From the IMG/VR virus record IMGVR_UViG_3300032268_000966: a stretch of 64,000 bases of DNA. One strand, written 5' to 3'. The translations under genes were made by a program, and so were the position numbers. The stretch comes from an uncultured virus (IMG/VR IMGVR_UViG_3300032268_000966). Lineage: Duplodnaviria; Heunggongvirae; Uroviricota; Caudoviricetes. Within the stretch, counting starts at the first letter, position 1, and every line of letters starts with the position of its first letter. Below the pieces are notes generated by a model, which did no database searches, was not told the origin of the DNA, and was given only the letters and a program-made list of their open reading frames with translations. Shown piece by piece: positions 39,320-49,686 of this stretch.

Positions 39320-40414
39320 TTATTTAATTTTATGTCTATCGGAACTTTGAGGTTCTCTTCTATAGACTGTTTTTCCACCGTCAGGACTTTCATAAATCCA
39401 TGGAGTTTCAATTTCTTTTTTGTCAACTTGTGACTTAATCCATTGGTAAGTTTTTTTCAAACCAATAGACAAGGGTTCACTAACTTCCCAACCAACTTTT
39501 TCTCTATAAAGTTTATTGTCAGAATTTCTTCCCTTAACGCCTAAAGGACATTTAAATCCGTACTTGTCAATAAATTCTTGACCATCAATATTTTTGATTT
39601 CAATATTTTTATCTGATATTGCTATTGCCATTCCTGCAAGTTGATTGATTGTAACCATTTCTTCACTACCAATATTAACAGGACCTGTAAAGTCACTTTC
39701 CATTAATCTTAATACTGCCTCAACACATTCATCTACGTATAAGAATGAACGAGTTTGCATTCCATTACCCCAAACTTCGATTACATCTCCGTCTTTAGCC
39801 TCCGCAGCTTTTCTACACATTGCCGCTGGTGATTTTTCTCTACCACCAGTCCAAGTACCTTGTGGTCCAAAGATGTTGTGGAATCTTGCAACTCTAACAT
39901 CTAAACCATAGTTTCTGTTAAATGCCAAGAATAATCTTTCTGAAAATAATTTTTCCCATCCATATTCAGAATCGGGATTTGCGGGGTATGCTGAAGATTC
40001 TTCACAATTTGGATTTAATGAATCTAACTGATTGTGTTCAGGGTACATACATGCTGATGATGAATAAAATACTTTCTTAACCTTTTTCTTAACACATTCA
40101 TGTGCTACGTTAAGATTGATTGTTGCTGAGTTGTACATAACGTTTGCATCATTCTCACCCGTAAAGATGTATAATGCTCCACCCATATCGGCAGCCAACT
40201 GATACACTTCATCAACACCTTCTTCAATAACTAATTCAACAACCTTAGGGTCTGTTAAGTCACCTAAGATAAACTCGTCACAGAATTCATTTTGAAAGAA
40301 ATATTCATGTTTTTTAATATCACATACTCGTACGTGATTTCCTTCTTCTTTTAATCTTTTGGCAAGGTGTCCACCTATGAACCCTCCACCGCCTAATACT
40401 ACTATTTTTTTCAT
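39320..40414 (-). CDS. NAD-dependent epimerase, GDP-mannose 3,5-epimerase-like
   Basis: GGGGFIG, QLAADMGG, SSSACMYP, YGWEKL, GGREKSPAAMCRK. Confidence 0.85.
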   Translation of the reverse strand: MKKIVVLGGGGFIGGHLAKRLKEEGNHVRVCDIKKHEYFFQNEFCDEFILGDLTDPKVVELVIEEGVDEVYQLAADMGGALYIFTGENDANVMYNSATINLNVAHECVKKKVKKVFYSSSACMYPEHNQLDSLNPNCEESSAYPANPDSEYGWEKLFSERLFLAFNRNYGLDVRVARFHNIFGPQGTWTGGREKSPAAMCRKAAEAKDGDVIEVWGNGMQTRSFLYVDECVEAVLRLMESDFTGPVNIGSEEMVTINQLAGMAIAISDKNIEIKNIDGQEFIDKYGFKCPLGVKGRNSDNKLYREKVGWEVSEPLSIGLKKTYQWIKSQVDKKEIETPWIYESPDGGKTVYRREPQSSDRHKIK

Positions 40415-40423
40415 TGTTTAATT

Positions 40424-41326
40424 TTAATTCATTTTATATTCTAAGTATAAATCATTTCCTTGGAAAATAACTCTCTTATTTTGGCATTTGTCAAGATTAC
40501 TGACAAACCATCCTACGTTATGAGTAACCTCAATTTTATTTAAATAGATAATTTCCTTACCACAACATATCTTTAAAGTTAATGGAATTGGATTGTCTGT
40601 AACATTATTGAAATGTACTTCGTCTTCAGTGATATCTGTAATCTTTATTCTTGTTTTAGAAAAATCATTATATCTAATATATTCTAAATCTATCGGGATT
40701 TTTCTCACTAATATATTTTGGTCATCTAAGTAGTTCTTTAGATTAACCTCATTTTGTGTTGTATAAAACTCTTCATCATTTTCAGACATCCAATAAACAA
40801 TACGGTTCAGATATACCTCCATCAAGTTTCTCGGACCTACAGCAAACCTATCATTGTACCCTTCAAAAGTATCGTGTAATGGAGTTAATATTTCATTATC
40901 AGAAAGTTTCCAGTTGAATACACTTTTAATTTCTAAGTCAGGTCTTAATCTAACAACATAATCAAACATCATATTGTTATTTTTTTCATACTCCTTAACT
41001 AAATTAAAAACTGATTGAAATTGTTTTAATTGATGGTAAATTAACTTTGGGTCAGTTTCACTATCTAATTTAAAATCTTTGTATTTGTATTTTAATTTTT
41101 GGTAAGTTAAATCGGGGAGAACAGAATCCTCTTCGATTTTAATTACCGTTGAAATATTAAAAAAATCTGATGGTATACTAATAAGTTTGTTTTCTTCTTT
41201 GGCAAAAGAGGTAAAAAATTTTAGTTCATAGTTTGAATTTGTTAAAATCAAATTGGTAAAAATTGATGGTAAACATTTGTCGAAACTTCTAAACTGTCCT
41301 GAAATACAAACAGCAACTTTTTTCAT
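40424..41326 (-). CDS. putative glycosyltransferase
   Basis: VAVCISGQFR...FDYVVRLRPD...NDRFA pattern of GT-A-like proteins. Confidence 0.6.
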   Translation of the reverse strand: MKKVAVCISGQFRSFDKCLPSIFTNLILTNSNYELKFFTSFAKEENKLISIPSDFFNISTVIKIEEDSVLPDLTYQKLKYKYKDFKLDSETDPKLIYHQLKQFQSVFNLVKEYEKNNNMMFDYVVRLRPDLEIKSVFNWKLSDNEILTPLHDTFEGYNDRFAVGPRNLMEVYLNRIVYWMSENDEEFYTTQNEVNLKNYLDDQNILVRKIPIDLEYIRYNDFSKTRIKITDITEDEVHFNNVTDNPIPLTLKICCGKEIIYLNKIEVTHNVGWFVSNLDKCQNKRVIFQGNDLYLEYKMN

Positions 41327-41328
41327 AA

Positions 41329-41955
41329 TTATTTTTTAACATATACCATACCCCATCTTTCTTTTCTCTCGGGGGTTAATGATTCTATAAAATCAAAATT
41401 TTTATATTCTTTCCAATCTATTTCTTCGTCGAAAAGAATTTTGTCGAATTCTGTATATCCGAACATATTATAGCCTAGTTTATTCAAATAATGTATAGTC
41501 GATTCTATTTTCGACTTTTGTTCTTCCGCCCACTCGAAGGACAATAATGTGTTAGGTAGTAATTTTGTAAACGAAGTTAGTACTTCGAATTCGTGACCCT
41601 CCACATCGATTTTTATGTAGTTTGGTTCTCCATATTCTTCAACAATTGAGTCTAAAGTAACCGTTTCAACTTGAACATGGTTATTCCAATTATAACTTCC
41701 AGTAAATCGTGAGTTAGTAATCCAATCTTCTGATAGAGTTGAGATGGTGTCCGCGTTCGATATTTTGAATGTTTGTATCCCATTTTTGTTGGATACTCCT
41801 CTCTCGTCAACAATTACAGAAGTACCTTCAAACTTACCCCTTAATAAACTCGCTAGTTTTGGATTTGGTTCGAAACAAACAACTTTATCACTTTTACGTA
41901 GGAATTCCGAAACAGTGTCGCCAATATTTGCCCCTATGTCAAAAACTAATTTCAT
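41329..41955 (-). CDS. FkbM-family methyltransferase
   Basis: FDIGANIG, FEPNP, IKIDVEGHE. Confidence 0.9.
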   Translation of the reverse strand: MKLVFDIGANIGDTVSEFLRKSDKVVCFEPNPKLASLLRGKFEGTSVIVDERGVSNKNGIQTFKISNADTISTLSEDWITNSRFTGSYNWNNHVQVETVTLDSIVEEYGEPNYIKIDVEGHEFEVLTSFTKLLPNTLLSFEWAEEQKSKIESTIHYLNKLGYNMFGYTEFDKILFDEEIDWKEYKNFDFIESLTPERKERWGMVYVKK

Positions 41956-41957
41956 TT

Positions 41958-42893
41958 TTAGTTAAAATACTTTTGGTATATATCGAAATATTCGACAGTT
42001 TTAGTGGGAAGTAAATCCCTATAGTCTTTTAGATTATCTAAAAGGTTAAGTGTTCCTCTGTAACCAATTATTTCATTCTCTAAATTTTTAACAAGGTCTT
42101 GCGGGTTTCTTGCCTGATAGACTGACGCTTTTGCAAATATGACAGAGTTTGGAAAATGATGTTGTAAGACATAGGACCCCCAAATGTCATCCATTCTACC
42201 TGTATAAGGAAAGACAGAATAATATTTAAGAACATCTCTATGTATAAATGTATTTTGTGAGTTAAATGGTGTAAGTTGTTTTGTTGTGAACGGGTCAAAT
42301 GAATTAAATTTTACGATTGGTTTTTTACTTAAACGACAAATTGCGTCGATGTCTGGGTCACCATCCCAAAATTCTGCTTGAATCATTGGGGTAATTTTTG
42401 TTTTCCCTTTGTATTCAATATTATTTTTTACTTGTAGATATTCTATTGGAAATCCTCTATGCCACAAGTCTTTATGTTCTGTTGTTGAAATTGCATCGAA
42501 GTAAGGACATGACAAGTTTTCATATTCATCTACTTCAATTTCTTGACCCAGTAATATGTTGTCACCCCAGAATTCATATGGTATGTTATCATCATCAACT
42601 GTTGCAATAATTTCTGCTCCACTTTGATATGCATAAACTAATCCAATATTTCTTCTTTGAATTGTCTTCCATCCAATTATTTCTGACAATTCAGGATATA
42701 AATGTTCTTGTTTAACTGGTGTTAGATAAACTACATTAAGGTAGTTCTTAACAAGGTTTTCATATGATTCATGTGGAGTTTTTGTATCTCCAACAATTAC
42801 AAATGTAAAATCTTTTTTATCTGCAATTTCACAAAATTTAATGGTTGCCTCAGTGGGCTCATTAATTGTTGTTGTTATTATAAATTTTTTCAT
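41958..42893 (-). CDS. STELLO/DUF288-like (GT75-related) protein
   Basis: ITTTINEPT, VGDTKTP, RRNIG..YA, DDDN, DPDIDAI.RL, PFNSQNT, RMDDIW. Confidence 0.75.
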   Translation of the reverse strand: MKKFIITTTINEPTEATIKFCEIADKKDFTFVIVGDTKTPHESYENLVKNYLNVVYLTPVKQEHLYPELSEIIGWKTIQRRNIGLVYAYQSGAEIIATVDDDNIPYEFWGDNILLGQEIEVDEYENLSCPYFDAISTTEHKDLWHRGFPIEYLQVKNNIEYKGKTKITPMIQAEFWDGDPDIDAICRLSKKPIVKFNSFDPFTTKQLTPFNSQNTFIHRDVLKYYSVFPYTGRMDDIWGSYVLQHHFPNSVIFAKASVYQARNPQDLVKNLENEIIGYRGTLNLLDNLKDYRDLLPTKTVEYFDIYQKYFN

Positions 42894-42894
42894 A

Positions 42895-43503
42895 TTAATA
42901 TACTAAGTAAACGTGGTTACCTTCCATTGTGTTTATGATTGTATAATCAGGGTTAATTTTATATAATGCATCTTTAAACTCTTGTAGTGTTGGGAAATTT
43001 CCTTGACCTAAGTCTCTACAATCGTCAATTAACATTACATGGTCAGTACGGTTACTCGCAGCCTTGATAGCTCCTAATTCTTCTTTTAATGGACCATCTA
43101 ACATACTGTGAGCGTCCAATAGGATAAAGAATCTTTCATCAGGTAATTCTTCTAATACAGATTTTAATACATCTCCTGAATTACCTTCTAAGAAAGTAAG
43201 GTTACCGTATTGTTCAGAAAGTTTTTGATATGTTTCTCTATAACTTATTCCATCATAAGGATTACGGTCAGGAAATAATTCTACTGTAAATGCAATATCA
43301 AAATGTTCAGCCAAGAATATTGAAGTTCTTGCGTCGTGAGTTCCAGTTTCAATTGCGAAGTTTATTTCGTTTAAGTTTGGGATTTTGTGTTGGTACTGGT
43401 AAAGTAAACTAACAAATAAGTTAGGCATTGGTAACGATGTCTTATGTATGTCAGACATTTGTTCCCATCTACTATCACCCGTATAATCTAAATTTAATTT
43501 CAT
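42895..43503 (-). CDS. class I SAM-dependent methyltransferase-like protein
   Basis: IETGT, EGNS, LLDAH, LIDD.R. Confidence 0.65.
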   Translation of the reverse strand: MKLNLDYTGDSRWEQMSDIHKTSLPMPNLFVSLLYQYQHKIPNLNEINFAIETGTHDARTSIFLAEHFDIAFTVELFPDRNPYDGISYRETYQKLSEQYGNLTFLEGNSGDVLKSVLEELPDERFFILLDAHSMLDGPLKEELGAIKAASNRTDHVMLIDDCRDLGQGNFPTLQEFKDALYKINPDYTIINTMEGNHVYLVY

Positions 43504-43504
43504 A

Positions 43505-44533
43505 TTAGTTATTTTTTATTATGCATTTTAAGATTTGGTCTTTATAATCAGCAACGGTATCAAACGCTTTTTGAATGTCGTTAAATTCAAATTCATGTGA
43601 AATAATTTTTTCAATCTCATTGTCTCCTGTATAGTTCTTAACACAGTCTTCCAAAGTTTGATTTGACCTTCTAACATTTTTAATTGTCAGTTCTTTAGTC
43701 CTCATTCTATGAGGATTATATGTTACAAAATCTGATTCAGGGATTCCGATTAATGCAACTTTACCATTAACAGCAGCAACATTAATACATCCATCAATAG
43801 ATTCTGTTGTACCTCCTGTGTCAATAGACATTGTAGTTCCCATACCTCCTGTTAATTCTTTGATTTTTTTTGTGTAGTCATCGGCAAGTAAGAATGATTC
43901 TGTTGCTCCGAAGTCTTTTGCAAACTTAACTCTATATGGTAATTTGTCTATCATAAAAACATCTTTAACACCAGCCTTCTTTAATATAGAAAACATACAC
44001 AAACCAATAGGACCCGCCCCAAATATAGTTGCGGATTCAGTAAATTTTGGTTCGATTAAATTTGCGGTGTGTAGACAAACCCCAAGTGGTTCAAGTAAAC
44101 TTGCCAAGTTAAATGACATTGAATCTGGGATTTTAACTAATTGTAATTCTTCAACTATAACATAGTCGGCAAATGCACCTTGTGCATTGGCTCCCATAAA
44201 AGTTCCTTTATCACATAAGTTATGTTTACCCTTTAAAGACCAATAAGAGGTGACACACGGCATTCCAGGTTCAACTGCGACTCTATCACCATCTTTGAAT
44301 AATTTAGACCCGTTAGAGTCAACTATAACCCCTGAAGGTTCGTGACCCATGTACATTGGCAGGGGATTTTTAAAGGAGCCTAGTCCTCCTTCTTTAAAGT
44401 AATGCATGTCGGAACCACATATTCCAACAGATTTCATTGAGACAAGTAATTGACCTTCTTTTAAATTTGGAATTTCTTCCTCAAAAATATCAATCTTTCT
44501 TATCTGAGTTAGTTTTGCTACTCTGTTCTTCAT
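43505..44533 (-). CDS. Zinc-binding (sugar/polyol) dehydrogenase, MDR family
   Basis: GICGSD, GHE, GDRVAVEP, GAGPIG. Confidence 0.88.
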   Translation of the reverse strand: MKNRVAKLTQIRKIDIFEEEIPNLKEGQLLVSMKSVGICGSDMHYFKEGGLGSFKNPLPMYMGHEPSGVIVDSNGSKLFKDGDRVAVEPGMPCVTSYWSLKGKHNLCDKGTFMGANAQGAFADYVIVEELQLVKIPDSMSFNLASLLEPLGVCLHTANLIEPKFTESATIFGAGPIGLCMFSILKKAGVKDVFMIDKLPYRVKFAKDFGATESFLLADDYTKKIKELTGGMGTTMSIDTGGTTESIDGCINVAAVNGKVALIGIPESDFVTYNPHRMRTKELTIKNVRRSNQTLEDCVKNYTGDNEIEKIISHEFEFNDIQKAFDTVADYKDQILKCIIKNN

Positions 44534-45653
44534 AATCGATTAAAGCTTGTTTTAAAACATCACAAATGTAATCGACCTCTTTTATTGATAACTCAGGGTA
44601 TAGAGGAGGGCATACGTGATGTTTAGAATAATAATCAGTATTTGGCAAATTTACAGAGGAAAATTGTTCTTTATATAAAGGTTGTTCATGAACAGGTATT
44701 CTATAGACCTCACCTGTCAACGAGATACCTTTTTCTTTGCAATATTTTTTTAACCATGCTCCGTCCATAGGAGTGATTACAATGGCTTTGTAGTTTGCAC
44801 ATGTACCATTTCCTTTTTGTTTGATGACTTTATATCTGGTTTTGGATAAGTTTTTTCGATATCTCTCTAAGAGGTCAGTTCTTTTTTCAATCCTTGAGTA
44901 AACTCTATCACATTCAATACTACCTAACAATCCAGTAAATTCGTTAATCTTAAAGTTGTTTCCTTCAGAGTTAACAATAATCCCGCTATCATAAATGTGT
45001 CTGCCAAAGTTTTTTAATGATTTCATTTTTTCATAAAGTTCTTTGTTATTTGTTGTAATCATCCCGCCTTCACCTGTTGTCATAACTTTAGTTGGGAAGA
45101 ATGAAAAAGTTCCTACATCACCAATAACACCAGCCCTGTAAGTTCCTTTTAATGAAAAATGAGCGTGAGCGGCATCTTCGACCAATGGGACATTATTTTT
45201 TTTACACACATCAACAATTTTAGAAATGTCGTGTGAAATAATACCACCAATGTGAACAATGACTACAGCTCCAACTTCAGGTGTAATCTTAGTTATTAAA
45301 TCTTTTAATGATATTGAAAACGATTCTGGCTCCATATCTAATAATTCAATAATACCTCCAGCATTTGTGATTGCTACACTTGTTGCAAAAAATGTGTTTG
45401 ACGGCATTAAAACTTTTTTGCCTTTCACATCAAGAGCCTTTAATGATAACTCAATTGCTGTTGTACCATTTGAACATGCTAACGCATATTTTGCGTCACT
45501 CATTTCAGCAAATTTATCCTCAAACTCCTTTACATATTTTGATTCTCCTAGTGGTCTATCAGAAGACAAGATATCCCATGAACCCTTTAAAAACTTAAAC
45601 TTAGATTTAAAATCAAATTTCAATCTAAAAATTGGAATGTTTAATTTTTTCAT
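44490..45653 (-). CDS. DegT/DnrJ/EryC1/StrS sugar aminotransferase
   Basis: SNGTTA, EDAAHA, SFFPTK(PLP)VMTTGEGG. Confidence 0.92.
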   Translation of the reverse strand: MKKLNIPIFRLKFDFKSKFKFLKGSWDILSSDRPLGESKYVKEFEDKFAEMSDAKYALACSNGTTAIELSLKALDVKGKKVLMPSNTFFATSVAITNAGGIIELLDMEPESFSISLKDLITKITPEVGAVVIVHIGGIISHDISKIVDVCKKNNVPLVEDAAHAHFSLKGTYRAGVIGDVGTFSFFPTKVMTTGEGGMITTNNKELYEKMKSLKNFGRHIYDSGIIVNSEGNNFKINEFTGLLGSIECDRVYSRIEKRTDLLERYRKNLSKTRYKVIKQKGNGTCANYKAIVITPMDGAWLKKYCKEKGISLTGEVYRIPVHEQPLYKEQFSSVNLPNTDYYSKHHVCPPLYPELSIKEVDYICDVLKQALIDYEEQSSKTNSDKKD

Positions 45654-46288
45654 AACTTATAAACTTTTTTAACTTTTGATGGTATTCCTGCAACCATAAC
45701 ATTTGGTGGAACGTCGTCAATAACAACAGAACCCGCAGCAACAATTGAATTGTCACCAACTTTAACTTTAGGTATTAGTGTGCTCGCAGCACTTATAAAA
45801 CAATTTTCACCAACTTCAACATAACCACATAAAGTTGCGTTAGGTGATATTTGAGAGAAGTCTCCAATTGAACAATCATGTTCAACTATTGACCCAGTGT
45901 TAATTATTGTACAATTACCAATAAAGGAATCTACATGTACTACAGCGTTTGGGCAAATTAAATTACCATGGCCAAATTTTTTAGTTTCAACAACTGCGGT
46001 TGGATGAATACAATTTATTGGTTCTTTTTTTGTGTACGACTTAATTTGGTCGTAATGTTTTTTTCTCATAAGGTTATCCCCTGTTGCAATAAAATAATCT
46101 ACGTTAGGCCTATTGATGTAGTCCAAAGATTTTTCAACTGTAGGGTATAATCTATTAATTTGTATTTCATCCGCAAAACATTCTACATAATAGAGTACAT
46201 GATGAGGGTGAGTCATTTTAAAAATGTTTGTCGCTATCTTAGCTCCTGCTGAGCCTCCGACAATTAAGATTGATTTTGGTTCACTCAT
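45650..46288 (-). CDS. PglD/NeuD-like sugar acetyltransferase
   Basis: IHPTA, hexapeptide repeats, VEHDC, AGSVV..DVP....AG.P. Confidence 0.88.
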   Translation of the reverse strand: MSEPKSILIVGGSAGAKIATNIFKMTHPHHVLYYVECFADEIQINRLYPTVEKSLDYINRPNVDYFIATGDNLMRKKHYDQIKSYTKKEPINCIHPTAVVETKKFGHGNLICPNAVVHVDSFIGNCTIINTGSIVEHDCSIGDFSQISPNATLCGYVEVGENCFISAASTLIPKVKVGDNSIVAAGSVVIDDVPPNVMVAGIPSKVKKVYKL

Positions 46289-47115
46289 ATTAATTCAATT
46301 GGCAAATTTTCATTATACATACCCCAGTCATCAGGGTTAGATGTATTTGTAAAATCTCGAATAATTTCATTTTGGTCGGACATAGGGGGTACAGATTCGT
46401 CTTCATCTCTATCTCCACTCTTACCGTGATTCAAATGAAATATATAATGGTCTAATACTTGGATGTTAGAATAAAATGAGGCTTTCTTCATTACGTTTGT
46501 ATCAATACCACATCCAAACAATATTGATTCTTCAAAACCTTTCATTTGGTTCCATACGTTTTTGTGACCAATTTGATAGTCACCACAACAATTAATCAGG
46601 GACCATTTATCGGTTTCACTTTCAAGTCTTTCTTTAGTTCTATAACCATTACGGTTATCCCACAATGATTTATATAAACTATTATAGTCGTTAAATGATA
46701 GGTGAAATGATTCATCAACATCTCTTCTTGGAACGGTATAAAATACGTCTTCTTTTAATATAGAATTGTCAAGTGGAGTTGTAACAATATCGATATTAGT
46801 TGAAATAATATAATCGTTAGATACTCGTCTTAGTGCAATGTTTCTACTAATAGATTCTATCATTGAGTAGTTAACAATGTGCGGATATTTCTCAGTTAAA
46901 AATTCTTTTGGGACTTGGATATACTTTAACTTTTTTGTGTGAGGTAAATTATGTTTTATATTAGAAATAACTCCTTCACTGTTTTTGGTTTTCCAATCTA
47001 CAAAAACAACTTCATCATGATGTTCAATTAATGATGTTAATCCCATAGTAGTCCTCTTATGTAGATTACCACCATAATTATCATTTCTTGATGCTAATAT
47101 TACAGATTTTTTCAT
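46285..47115 (-). CDS. GT-A glycosyltransferase-like protein
   Basis: SRNDNYGG, VDW, RNIALRR, TNID, GDYQ, GFEE, HLNH. Confidence 0.65.
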   Translation of the reverse strand: MKKSVILASRNDNYGGNLHKRTTMGLTSLIEHHDEVVFVDWKTKNSEGVISNIKHNLPHTKKLKYIQVPKEFLTEKYPHIVNYSMIESISRNIALRRVSNDYIISTNIDIVTTPLDNSILKEDVFYTVPRRDVDESFHLSFNDYNSLYKSLWDNRNGYRTKERLESETDKWSLINCCGDYQIGHKNVWNQMKGFEESILFGCGIDTNVMKKASFYSNIQVLDHYIFHLNHGKSGDRDEDESVPPMSDQNEIIRDFTNTSNPDDWGMYNENLPIELI

Positions 47116-47978
47116 AATTCAGTTACAGATATTTTATCATTACCTAATAGACCCCAAGAATCATCTTTGACATGTGAATCGCTTACTTGGGTGGACATTC
47201 GGCCAACAACTCCTTCTCTAGAATGGTCTATGTGTATAGATACTGTAGGTAATATAAATTGTTTTAATCCCAACTTAACAAAATCTTTAAGTATTAATCC
47301 GTCAAATAAACCATATGTATAATGTTCAACATATCCCTTAACTTTTTGAAAATTAGATTTACTAACACCTAAAAAATCACCACTAGCACCTTCATGGTTT
47401 ATATCCCAATAAAATCCTTTATCTAATGATAGATAGTCCTTAGGTAATGTTAAATTGTGTGATGGTGTTGAATAAAAATGTAATGGATTTTCGATTAAAG
47501 AACGACCGTCGATTACATCAACGTCAATGTTACCAACATAAGGTAATCTTACATCGTATCGACATAATCTCATAAAAATATTTTCAGATATATTATCTTC
47601 AATATGAGACCATAATTCAGGGAAGAAAAAATTATCAGGATTTGTAAAAATTAAATAATTTCCTGAAGAATGCCTTGCCCCAACATTTTTACCGTAATAC
47701 TCAAATAATTTAAAAAGTTTTGAGCCAACAATATTATTGTGTGTTTCTGATGGTACTGTTATAATTTTTGTATCAATATTTTTAGGAAATAAATATTTAT
47801 ATTGTTCGTAGAAAGGTAATCTATCATTTGGAGGATTCCAATCAACTAAAATTAGTTCATAATTTTGTTTATTTTTTATTTGGTTTAACCCATTAAAAAA
47901 AACTTTAGTTCTTAAATCTTGATATGCACCATATTCGTCATTTCTGGTTACACAAATAATTGAAATCTTATTCATCAT
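47112..47978 (-). CDS. GT-A glycosyltransferase-like protein (paralog of neighbour)
   Basis: TRNDEYG, VDWNP, KNVGAR, TNPD, GDF, HIDH. Confidence 0.65.
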   Translation of the reverse strand: MMNKISIICVTRNDEYGAYQDLRTKVFFNGLNQIKNKQNYELILVDWNPPNDRLPFYEQYKYLFPKNIDTKIITVPSETHNNIVGSKLFKLFEYYGKNVGARHSSGNYLIFTNPDNFFFPELWSHIEDNISENIFMRLCRYDVRLPYVGNIDVDVIDGRSLIENPLHFYSTPSHNLTLPKDYLSLDKGFYWDINHEGASGDFLGVSKSNFQKVKGYVEHYTYGLFDGLILKDFVKLGLKQFILPTVSIHIDHSREGVVGRMSTQVSDSHVKDDSWGLLGNDKISVTEL

Positions 47979-48628
47979 ATTTTTTTATAAAGTTTGTCAC
48001 AAAACATTTTTCCATTTACCGAACTTCTATGGTGTGAACTATCTTTAATAAACTCAAAACCTTTTGATAGAATATGGTCATTAACTTTAGTTTCAAATTC
48101 AGAGCCTAAGTCAGATACTTCAATTATAATATAAGTAAAATTTTTGATTTCGTCACCAATACCTTCAAGTACTTGTAATTCAGCTCCTTCAGTATCAATG
48201 TTTAATAAATCATAGTTATCAAACTTAAAACCTTCTCTTTGGAATAAAGTTTTAATGGTGATAGTTCTGGTTTTAATAACTTCTCCTTTTTGTTCAATTA
48301 GTGAACTTGAATCCTGATTGTTTGGCGGACAATATAAATCCAAATCTAAATCATCAACATTCCACGCTGCAAGATTATAAATTTTTTGGCCAAACTGTTC
48401 AATTTCATTTCTAAATCTTTCATAAGACCTAGGGTTTGCTTCTAAAAATATTGAGTTGTCACCACAGTAGTGAGCATATTGTTTTGACTCCCAAGCATCC
48501 CAAGCACCTATGTGTAAGACTCCTTTCGGAGTCCAATTCAAATTATAAAATAAACCTTTGTTGTTTCCAAAATTATCAGTCCCAACAGGATTAGGGTCTT
48601 TATCCCAAAATGCTCCAAATAAACTCAT
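47975..48628 (-). CDS. FkbM-family methyltransferase
   Basis: LHIGA, EANP, NIDTEGAELQVL. Confidence 0.85.
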   Translation of the reverse strand: MSLFGAFWDKDPNPVGTDNFGNNKGLFYNLNWTPKGVLHIGAWDAWESKQYAHYCGDNSIFLEANPRSYERFRNEIEQFGQKIYNLAAWNVDDLDLDLYCPPNNQDSSSLIEQKGEVIKTRTITIKTLFQREGFKFDNYDLLNIDTEGAELQVLEGIGDEIKNFTYIIIEVSDLGSEFETKVNDHILSKGFEFIKDSSHHRSSVNGKMFCDKLYKKI

Positions 48629-48629
48629 G

Positions 48630-49301
48630 TTATTTTCTTTTTAAAATTATTTCTTCGGTTGCGTGACCAACGTTAGTAATTTGAACAATTTCCCAATCAG
48701 GTGCATTTTCACGTATCCATTTTTCACTTATAAAAACTACTCGAATTATTTCTTTACCATTCCAATTTTCAAAATTCGCCTGAGGGTTTCCGTCATGTTT
48801 ATGTCTATCTTCATCATTTAACATCCCATCATACATAACAAAAATACAACCTGTATTTGCAACCTCAGCTAAATTTTTAAAAACATCTGATTTAAATTCT
48901 AAAGGAATATGAGGAAGAACTGCATTGGTAAACATGAAATCAAATTTAATTGGAAACTTATCTGCAAAACTTTCCGTTAAATCGGATTGAACAAATTTTA
49001 AATTTTCTTTTTCATATTGTTTAGCGTAATTGATTCTATTATTGGATAAATCAATTCCATAAGTTTTTTCAAAAGTTTCACTTAAAACTCTGGTAAAATA
49101 CCCTTGGGCACAACCAACGTCTAAACAATTTTTATTAATATTTTTATCTATTAAATTTTCAATTTTTGGAATTAAATTTTCTTTCATCCAATTAACATTT
49201 CTTTCAGGGTAACCTGTTTCAGAGCCAGGAGTTCCTTGTGGATTAATTAAACTTTCGTCTTCGAAATAGTTTTTTAACGCTTCTTTTATATTATCTATCA
49301 T
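48630..49301 (-). CDS. class I SAM-dependent methyltransferase
   Basis: LDVGCAQG, GIDLS, VLPHI. Confidence 0.85.
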   Translation of the reverse strand: MIDNIKEALKNYFEDESLINPQGTPGSETGYPERNVNWMKENLIPKIENLIDKNINKNCLDVGCAQGYFTRVLSETFEKTYGIDLSNNRINYAKQYEKENLKFVQSDLTESFADKFPIKFDFMFTNAVLPHIPLEFKSDVFKNLAEVANTGCIFVMYDGMLNDEDRHKHDGNPQANFENWNGKEIIRVVFISEKWIRENAPDWEIVQITNVGHATEEIILKRK

Positions 49302-49302
49302 A

Positions 49303-49686
49303 TTATTTATATTTTACATATTCTTTTACTTCTCTAATTTCAGAATCAGTAAATTTATTAATTTCGTTTTTTAATCTAAACCTTTCGTCATTTGTGAAAT
49401 AAACTTTTCTTGCAAAATCGATGAACTCACCCTCAAATCTTTTTTCGGTTTCTAACACTCTTAACCTATCTTCAATATCCCAAAGTTTTGAGTTAATGTC
49501 AACTAATTGATGATATAAAGACTCAATTTCAGGTTGGTCTAAATAACCTGATGATAAATTGTAAAGAAGTTCAAATTCTTTATTTATATATTCTAACTTT
49601 TCCTCGTTAGTGATTTTTGTTTGTTTTACGTGTAAGATGGATAATTTGTCAATTAACTCACCAACACTTACTGGTGATTGAATCAT
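49303..49686 (-). CDS. DUF6165-like protein
   Basis: PVSVGELIDKLSIL.VK...IN.KLWDIED...F...ARKVY.TNDER.RLK..IN. Confidence 0.75.
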   Translation of the reverse strand: MIQSPVSVGELIDKLSILHVKQTKITNEEKLEYINKEFELLYNLSSGYLDQPEIESLYHQLVDINSKLWDIEDRLRVLETEKRFEGEFIDFARKVYFTNDERFRLKNEINKFTDSEIREVKEYVKYK

